DNA of 23,862 bases, taken from assembly GCA_048940645.1 (NCBI GenBank), contig JBHLOI010000049.1, positions 1 through 23,862 of the forward strand. Reading direction: 5' to 3'. Shown here one piece after another: positions 17,268 through 23,862 of this stretch (its first letter is position 1; every line of letters starts with the position of its first letter). The DNA is from Promethearchaeota archaeon. Lineage in GTDB: Archaea > Asgardarchaeota > Lokiarchaeia > Sigyniarchaeales > SOKP01. Both the position numbers and the translations under genes were made by a program. The notes under the pieces were generated by a model. That model did no database searches and was not told the DNA's origin. It saw only the letters and a program-made list of their open reading frames with translations.

Positions 17268-17338
17268 CGTGCGAAAAGCACTTAACTTTTGTGGTTAAAA
17301 ATACCAACTTCACCATTTCATAAGCTCAACTATTTTTT

Positions 17339-17367
17339 TTAATAAATGCTTTGCTTATATGGTTTTG
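17339..17367 (-). promoter_or_regulatory. Candidate BRE/TATA elements for the 5S precursor
   Basis: Minus strand CAAAACC-ATATAAG-CAAAGCA-TTTATTAA lies about 40-65 nt upstream of the terminal stem. Two overlapping candidates; weak in an AT-rich background. Confidence 0.3.
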
Positions 17368-17493
17368 AGTAAATAGAAATAGTAAAAGCTACTAATTAAA
17401 TTTTTTCATAACAAATCATTAACTTTAAAAGTTATAGTTGAAAAAACGTTCTTGTCTATTTTCACAACGAAAATTGAAAACTATAAAGCTTAT

Positions 17494-19620
17494 TTATCTA
17501 ATAATGCTTTTGTGTTTTCTTAACCCTTTTAATATTACAAAAAATGAAATACCAACAAAAGCAATAATCATAATTAATACAACTATAAGCACATAATCCA
17601 TTAAAGGCTTTGGAATTGTAAATTTGAAATTTTCGTTATATAGGATATCTGAATTATTAGCATAATTTCTTATAAAAAATGCAAAGGAATAATCTCCTGG
17701 ATCATATCTATTAAGCTCATACTCTAAAGTTATTAGTTCTTGGTATTTGTCATTAGATATACGATAATAAGAGTAATCTTCGAAATTATTATTAGATAAT
17801 AATATAAAAACACTTTCAATGTCTGAATGATTATCAAATACGGTGATATTAAAACAAATATTATCTAAAATGGATGGAGATTTTGGAGACCAATTAACAC
17901 TGACAATTTGGGGTTTATGATCATTGGCTATTGTTGAGAAATTAAAATATGAAGGTATTAAATTATGACCCGTGATAATAACATCATAAGTTTCATTTGC
18001 TTGAGGTGGTAATCGAACATTGACTAAACCATTTTCATCTGCATAAATTGTTTGATATTTACCATCATCCGTTTCTAAATGTACTCTAGCAAAGGGTACT
18101 GTCTTATTGTTTGAATTTCTTATGGTAGTTGATATTAAATGACCTTCGGGATAAAAATTAGTAAATGGATTTTGAGCTTTTGTTGGTTTATTAGTATAGA
18201 TATCTAATTCAGGATCTCCAAGTAAACAATAAGTTAATATATTTTTTCGATGGCATTCGAAATATCTAGAGTAGGGTGAAAATATATCAGAATTCATATA
18301 TTCTACTTTAGATTCAAATAATGCTTTTCCTTGTTGGAAATATTTCTGTTCAAAGAATGTTTTCCAAAATAATTTAGCATTTGCGCGATTTAAATATTCT
18401 AAATTTGTATCATTTTCAGCATACCAAGTGACTCTAAGACCACCTATAGATCCCACAGTTCCACCATCTTCTCTTTTTATTAGAGTTTCTCCAATATTAT
18501 TATCATTTTTATCATAAGAAGAACTTGTACATGAAAACGCATAAAACAATGAAGGCATGTTTAAATTTTCACTTGTAGAAGCGTCTGTATTATCATAAAC
18601 AGTAGAAATACCCTCAGTAGCGAGCTTAAAGGGATTACCATGGCCAGCAAAAAAAACTGTTGAATAACCCAAATCAAAATGAGTATCAAAATTGTTGGAA
18701 TCTAAAATTGATTCATTATTGGGGGCTGGAGGGGATGTTGGATCAAAACTAGAAGTAGTTTGATGTAAATGAGTAAAGTTCATCTCTGATAACACATAAT
18801 TTGTCCAAATATATTGAGTTAATCGTGCTTCATCTTCAGCAGGGGAAGAGTCTGATATACCTCCTGCTAATAACATTCTATTCATCCAATTTCCAATATT
18901 AGGGGCAATTTCATATTTTAGAGTTTTATTTACCATTAATTCAAGTTCTGTAGCAGAATCAGCAGGCAATCGGCCAACATAAACTTCTGGACTCCATTCG
19001 ATTTCATCTCTGCCGTTTTTGTTGTATTCTGCCGATTCACCAAAAATGTTATCATTATCCTCATCCCAAGAACCACTTAAATCAGCATAATAAAAGTCAG
19101 TAGGTTTGTAATAATCATCCCAATTAAGATATTCACTTTCTCCCTCTCCTACTTTAATTACATCTGGATTGTAAACGTACCTAATAGGGATCAAACCTTC
19201 TTGGGCATCGCCAATTAACAGAATCCATTTGATATTTTCCCGTTCATAATAAGATTTTATCATATTTCGGATTCTTTCTGCATCATCCCTCCCAGAATAT
19301 TCTGAAAAATTGCTTAAAATTATAGTTCTTACTCCTTTATTGTTTTTCCATTCCACTAAGGGATTAATTGCATCGATAAAATCACTGTTATTTGGTGTTA
19401 TTACCAACATTTCAACTTTTGGTTCATACCAAATGTCATCATACATTTCAGGTAATTTAGATAAATCTATATTTGAAGAATTAGTAGATAATTTCAGATA
19501 ATTAACATTATCACTTTCAAAATCATTATTTCTATTATTATAACGAAAAGGAATAGATAGTAATAGAATTAAAGCAATAAAAGATAATTTACTAAATTTT
19601 TTCAGATTCAATTGCTTCAT
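17494..19620 (-). CDS. Peptidase C25 (gingipain) family cysteine protease, N-terminal signal/anchor and C-terminal TM helix
   Basis: LVEWKNNKG, ILLIGD, TDFYYADL, PEVYVGRLP, catalytic His (FAGHGN) and Cys (AFSCTS), YCLLGDPEL; hydrophobic termini. Confidence 0.9.
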   Translation of the reverse strand: MKQLNLKKFSKLSFIALILLLSIPFRYNNRNNDFESDNVNYLKLSTNSSNIDLSKLPEMYDDIWYEPKVEMLVITPNNSDFIDAINPLVEWKNNKGVRTIILSNFSEYSGRDDAERIRNMIKSYYERENIKWILLIGDAQEGLIPIRYVYNPDVIKVGEGESEYLNWDDYYKPTDFYYADLSGSWDEDNDNIFGESAEYNKNGRDEIEWSPEVYVGRLPADSATELELMVNKTLKYEIAPNIGNWMNRMLLAGGISDSSPAEDEARLTQYIWTNYVLSEMNFTHLHQTTSSFDPTSPPAPNNESILDSNNFDTHFDLGYSTVFFAGHGNPFKLATEGISTVYDNTDASTSENLNMPSLFYAFSCTSSSYDKNDNNIGETLIKREDGGTVGSIGGLRVTWYAENDTNLEYLNRANAKLFWKTFFEQKYFQQGKALFESKVEYMNSDIFSPYSRYFECHRKNILTYCLLGDPELDIYTNKPTKAQNPFTNFYPEGHLISTTIRNSNNKTVPFARVHLETDDGKYQTIYADENGLVNVRLPPQANETYDVIITGHNLIPSYFNFSTIANDHKPQIVSVNWSPKSPSILDNICFNITVFDNHSDIESVFILLSNNNFEDYSYYRISNDKYQELITLEYELNRYDPGDYSFAFFIRNYANNSDILYNENFKFTIPKPLMDYVLIVVLIMIIAFVGISFFVILKGLRKHKSIIR

Positions 19621-19747
19621 CTCAACTAATATTAGTAAAAGTGATTCGATTTATATTTATTTTTAAAGTAAATAATATATTTTCTGATATTATAACTAAT
19701 TAAAAATAAGATTATGGTTAATATAATATAAAAGTACAAGTTCAGCA

Positions 19748-19975
19748 ATGCCACTTCGATTTAATTTTTGTCCCCACTGTAATGAAAAAATAATATTTAA
19801 AATTGACAAGGGAGATATAGATCCGTCTCAATATCCTGCTCCAGTATATATTTATCATAGCGATAAATCTTGTGGTAAAATTTCTACTTTTTATGTTGAT
19901 AGCCTTCTAAGAGTCTCATATAAAGAGCTTGAAAAGAAAGCTGGTGCCATTAAAACAATTGAAACGCAAAAATAG
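19748..19975 (+). CDS. Small putative zinc-binding protein
   Basis: CPHC followed by YPAPVYIYH-x4-C and STFYVDS; 75 aa. Confidence 0.65.
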   Translation: MPLRFNFCPHCNEKIIFKIDKGDIDPSQYPAPVYIYHSDKSCGKISTFYVDSLLRVSYKELEKKAGAIKTIETQK

Positions 19976-20110
19976 GTTATCCATTTAAATTTATATAAAA
20001 ATCTTATATTTGACGATTAATTTAATATAAAATACATCTTATATTTTCCTAGAGAATTTAGAATAATTCTTAAAGGTAAAGTAATCAGAAGAATTTATAT
20101 TTAAATTGAT

Positions 20111-21664
20111 ATGACGCAAGATTTAGAAGATATTTCTGGAATAGGTAAAGCTACTGCTGAAAAAATGAGAGCAGCGGGGATAGACACAATTGAAAAATTA
20201 GCTTCAAGTAAACCTACAGATTTAACTAAGCTCAAAATTAAAGGAGTGGGAGAACCCACAGCAAATAAATATATAAATAACGCAAAAGAATTATTAAAAT
20301 CTAAAGAAAAAGATAAATCTGAACTTCCAAAGGAAACAGCTCCTAAAAAGGTCGGAAAAAAACCTACAAAAAAATTTTCAACTGAAAAGGCATCTAATAT
20401 AAAGGAACTGATAAAACAACAAGCAGAATGTAATATAGGGTTAGTAGGGCATGTGGATCACGGAAAAACAACTCTTGTTAAAACTTTTACGGGAGATTGG
20501 ACTGATAGGCACTCAGAGGAGCAGGAGAGGGGAATATCAATAAAGTTAGGCTATTCAAATGCTACAATTTTATATTGTCCTGAATGTGACGAGTATTTAA
20601 CTTATTATATGGCAGAAAAAGCTCGTAAAAAAGGTCAAGCCAAGTTGAGTTGTAGTAAATGTGGAGGGAATATAGAGTTCAGAAGAAATATCTCTTTTGT
20701 AGATGCTCCAGGACATGAAATTTTGATGGCTACAATGTTAAGTGGAGCATCATTAATGAATGGCGCTTGTCTATTAATTGCTGCTGATGAGATTTGCCCT
20801 CAACCTCAATCTCGAGAACATCTTGCTGCTTTAAATATAGCAGGAATTAAAAATATTATAATAGTTCAAAATAAAATTGATGCAGTTTCAAAAGAACAAG
20901 CTTTTGAGAATTATAAGCAGATAAAAAAGTTTATTAAAGGTACAATTGCAGAAAACGCTCCCATAATACCTATATCAGCTGTATTTGGTACTAATATCGA
21001 ATTAGTTGTAAGGGCTTTTGAAGAACTTATACCATCTCCAAAATTAAATGAAGATGAAGAATTTCAATTTTTAATAGCGAGATCTTTTGATATTAACAAA
21101 CCCGGAACCGATATTGAAAATTTAAAAGGTGGTGTAATTGGAGGTTCAGTTTTAAAAGGAAAAATAAATGTAGGAGAACAAATAGAAATCAAGCCAGGCA
21201 TACGAATAAAAAGCACTTATACCCCAATTAAGTCACAAGTAGTAAGTATAAGTCAAGGGACCAGCCTTTTAGATGAAGCTAAACCAGGCGGATTAATAGG
21301 ATTAAGAACTAAGCTAGATCCTACTTTAACTAAAGGAGATTCATTAATAGGTCATTTAGTCGGAAAGCCAAATACTTTACCGGAGGTTATTTCTGAAGTT
21401 GAATTAAAAGTCCACCTCCTTGAAAGAGTTATTGGTTCAGAAATGCAAATAAAAGTTACAGAGCTTAAACACAATGAAAAATTATTATTAGTTGTGGGTA
21501 CAGAAAAAACCGCTGGAACTATAACAAAAATTCTTAAAAATTCTTATATCTTACAATTAAATCCTCCAATTTGCATTCCTGAAGAATTTATATTTGCTAT
21601 ATCCAGAATAATAAATAGGCGATATAGATTAATTGGATATGGAGAATTAGTTAATTCTAAATGA
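20111..21664 (+). CDS. eif2g: Translation initiation factor aIF-2 gamma with N-terminal helix-hairpin-helix extension
   Basis: NIGLVGHVDHGKTT, DRHSEEQERGISIKLGY, zinc-binding CPEC...CSKC, FVDAPGHEILMATMLSGA, PQPQSREH, QNKID, ARSFDINKPG, RLIGYG. Confidence 0.95.
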   Translation: MTQDLEDISGIGKATAEKMRAAGIDTIEKLASSKPTDLTKLKIKGVGEPTANKYINNAKELLKSKEKDKSELPKETAPKKVGKKPTKKFSTEKASNIKELIKQQAECNIGLVGHVDHGKTTLVKTFTGDWTDRHSEEQERGISIKLGYSNATILYCPECDEYLTYYMAEKARKKGQAKLSCSKCGGNIEFRRNISFVDAPGHEILMATMLSGASLMNGACLLIAADEICPQPQSREHLAALNIAGIKNIIIVQNKIDAVSKEQAFENYKQIKKFIKGTIAENAPIIPISAVFGTNIELVVRAFEELIPSPKLNEDEEFQFLIARSFDINKPGTDIENLKGGVIGGSVLKGKINVGEQIEIKPGIRIKSTYTPIKSQVVSISQGTSLLDEAKPGGLIGLRTKLDPTLTKGDSLIGHLVGKPNTLPEVISEVELKVHLLERVIGSEMQIKVTELKHNEKLLLVVGTEKTAGTITKILKNSYILQLNPPICIPEEFIFAISRIINRRYRLIGYGELVNSK

Positions 21665-21673
21665 AAAATTCTT

Positions 21674-22003
21674 TTAGGTAGAATAGGATAAAAAGATCTC
21701 TCTTATCTTTCCTTTTACAAGTGCTAATGAAGGATCTACTTGAGTAAAAATATTATTCAAAGAATTTATTACCTCTTTATCAACATTAGAATTACTTGGT
21801 TTATTGATTGATTGTTTGGTTTCATATAATACTAGATTTCCCTCGACTTTTGCTAAAAAATGAAGTATAATCTCAATTTTGATTTCACTATTTAAATCTG
21901 ATTCACTGGGATTTTCTTTAAATTCGTAGAAAATCTCATCCATTATTCTTTTTTTTAAAAATTCAATGAAATTTTCTAAATTATCAATAAAGATAACAAT
22001 CAT
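21674..22003 (-). CDS. Hypothetical protein
   Basis: 109-aa ORF whose ATG overlaps the stop of the upstream gene (ATGA overlap, 22003-22000), suggesting translational coupling. Confidence 0.7.
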   Translation of the reverse strand: MIVIFIDNLENFIEFLKKRIMDEIFYEFKENPSESDLNSEIKIEIILHFLAKVEGNLVLYETKQSINKPSNSNVDKEVINSLNNIFTQVDPSLALVKGKIREIFLSYST

Positions 22004-23712
22004 TTAAGATTTTGACGTTTTTTATATTGAATATAAAAAATAACCCCTAATAATACAAATATGCCACTTATAGCCCCAAATATTAGAATAACTAAAGGAA
22101 AATGGAGTTCATCCGAAACAATATAATTAAATCTTTGATAAGTATTTACTGTGCTTTCTTTTATTAATCTTCCATCTTTATATATCATAATAGTATAATT
22201 ACCATTTGGTACATTTCTTATCACAGCTTCCCCATTTTCATTTGTAGATACGGGTGCCATTGGTTGAATTAAATCGTTAGAAATATATGTACCATATAGC
22301 TTTTGATAATAATATAATATTATATTTACACCTACTAAAGGCATGTTAATATTATCAGTAACTTTAATTAGTAAAACGTTATTAGCATCATATTTAATCA
22401 TTACAGGATTAGTTTCTCCAACAATAAGATATGGAAGAATAATTTTTAATCCTTGCTTTTTTATAGCATTTTTAGTAAATATTAAGCTTTGTCTAAATTC
22501 CTCCTCTATTTGGGTTAGATTTAGATCATAATATGAAACAGGTCTATCAAATAAAGAAGAATTCGTAAATACTTGATCTAATATTATGGTTTTTTCATAA
22601 ATCATGAGATATTTCAAGATAATATGTTTTGGGCCATCTATTAATGAAGGAAAATAAATTCTTTCTCTTACGTTTCTATCTTCTACCAAACGGTCAATTG
22701 CCCAAGTATTACTAACTGGATTTACGAATTTAACAGTATAACTGGTTGTAAAATTTAAATTTATAGATTCTTGATTTCCTGTAGTTGATATATTAATTGA
22801 GTTATCGATATTCACGAAATCAATTATTGTAACGTTGTTAATTTCTAAAGTATAATCATCAAGCAATTCTTTATCAGGGGGATTTACACGTAGATTAAGA
22901 TCAAGATTCTCAGCATTAACTTTTGAAGTTAAAGAATTTGTATCAAATTTAGAACCTTGGACACTGAAATCATAATGAAAAAGTGCATTTACTCCTTGTT
23001 CTTCTTGTGAAACTAATATTTTGTCGGGATGTTGATACAATACCCAATCTCTAATTGTTAAATTATATTCCCATATAATATACATCGAAAAATTATGAGA
23101 GGTTTTTTTAAAATTTTCATCGAATACAAATTTTAAAAAATTTGAACCATCAATGCTGTAATTTGCTTCAGGAACTTCCTCCACATAATCTGTTCCATTA
23201 CTTAAAATTCGGAGTTGGATTAACTTACAGGGATATAATCGAGGGCCATATACTAAATATCCTTCTGAATCAGCAACGGAAGTATTATATTTAACAAAAA
23301 TAGATTCATTAAGAACTACGGTTACTCTCCTTGAATCAATTACTTTTTCATCCAGATTATCAATTTGAGCAACAGATTTAGTTTCTGTAAAATTAATTCC
23401 TAGAAAAGTCATATTTAATGCTCCAGAGATGAAATCATCATCGAGATCAGGATATCTTTGAGAGTTATTAAAAAATCCGACTTCATCAAAATCAAAACTG
23501 GTTATGCTTATATTACCTAATGCCTGTTTTTCATCTTCAATAATTGGGTTATAATCATCCTCTGAAAATCCTTGAGTTTGTAGATTAAGTTCTAAATTAT
23601 TGTCATAAGGAATATTAATTTTAGAATTTGGAGTTATTTGATGAATTGAAGTACTCCAAATACTCAAGATAATTAATAATATTGCTAAAATTTTGTATTT
23701 ATTTTTACACAT
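22000..23712 (-). CDS. Membrane-anchored cell-surface (glyco)protein with C-terminal carboxypeptidase-regulatory/prealbumin-like beta-sandwich
   Basis: N-terminal hydrophobic signal; many N-x-S/T sequons; STNENGEAVIRNVPNGNYTI motif; C-terminal TM helix followed by basic tail KKRQNLK. Confidence 0.7.
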   Translation of the reverse strand: MCKNKYKILAILLIILSIWSTSIHQITPNSKINIPYDNNLELNLQTQGFSEDDYNPIIEDEKQALGNISITSFDFDEVGFFNNSQRYPDLDDDFISGALNMTFLGINFTETKSVAQIDNLDEKVIDSRRVTVVLNESIFVKYNTSVADSEGYLVYGPRLYPCKLIQLRILSNGTDYVEEVPEANYSIDGSNFLKFVFDENFKKTSHNFSMYIIWEYNLTIRDWVLYQHPDKILVSQEEQGVNALFHYDFSVQGSKFDTNSLTSKVNAENLDLNLRVNPPDKELLDDYTLEINNVTIIDFVNIDNSINISTTGNQESINLNFTTSYTVKFVNPVSNTWAIDRLVEDRNVRERIYFPSLIDGPKHIILKYLMIYEKTIILDQVFTNSSLFDRPVSYYDLNLTQIEEEFRQSLIFTKNAIKKQGLKIILPYLIVGETNPVMIKYDANNVLLIKVTDNINMPLVGVNIILYYYQKLYGTYISNDLIQPMAPVSTNENGEAVIRNVPNGNYTIMIYKDGRLIKESTVNTYQRFNYIVSDELHFPLVILIFGAISGIFVLLGVIFYIQYKKRQNLK

Positions 23713-23862
23713 TATCTAATATAAAAGTTATTTTAACAGAAACTTAATTAAAATTAAATAATTTATCCTTGATTTTTAAATTTTAGTTCAATTTATTCTT
23801 ATGGTTTGATATTATAGGAATATTTATATTTCTTGAATTTATTTTTATTTTATTTAAAATCT

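Larger units (their letters stand above)
17115..17300. repeat. Perfect 14-bp inverted repeat enclosing the 5S locus (putative processing stem)
   Basis: ttttaaccacaaaa (17115-17128) is the exact reverse complement of ttttgtggttaaaa (17287-17300). Confidence 0.92.

Noticed and set aside
17270-17288. Leader AAGUUAAGUGCUUUUCGC resembles the start of the 5S 3' half (AAGUUAAACUGUUUUGC), possibly a duplication relic
   Set aside because: Only 7 nt match exactly in an AT-rich context; too weak to support.
17115-17300. Reading the 14-bp inverted repeats as ends of a MITE or IS element
   Set aside because: The enclosed sequence is explained by 5S rRNA structure plus a BHB-like motif. There is no clear target-site duplication and no transposase in the window.
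16768-22531. Plus-strand ORFs 16768-17055, 19310-19501 and 22343-22531
   Set aside because: Antisense overlaps with longer, more credible genes; no motifs.
1-23862. CRISPR arrays, integrases/transposases, defence systems, selenoprotein read-through
   Set aside because: No repeat-spacer array, mobile-element gene or in-frame UGA with downstream homology was seen.

Overview
AT-rich archaeal genomic window, most likely from an Asgard archaeon (Lokiarchaeia-like). The assignment is inferred from two Rab-like small GTPases, a longin-like/roadblock protein, archaeal Spt5, aIF-1A and aIF-2gamma, a membrane-anchored gingipain-family protease and a PAS/GAF sensor. The coding content is mostly housekeeping and metabolic: partial AOR, thioredoxin-like protein, DUF4139-type protein, epimerase, two convergent acyl-CoA dehydrogenase paralogs, Fe-ADH and cupins. 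The standout feature lies in the ORF-free gap at about 17110-17305 on the minus strand and appears to be a circularly permuted 5S rRNA gene. Its canonical 3' half (17258-17194) is transcribed before its canonical 5' half (17189-17139), and the normal ends are joined by a C(UACG)G tetraloop. The unit sits inside a 14-bp terminal stem with a bulge-helix-bulge-like motif. Standard cleavage of that motif followed by ligation would rebuild the conserved CCGAACCCAGAA-GUUAA sequence and give a 120-nt covalently closed 5S rRNA. All calls were made by reading the sequence; no searches or folding programs were run.
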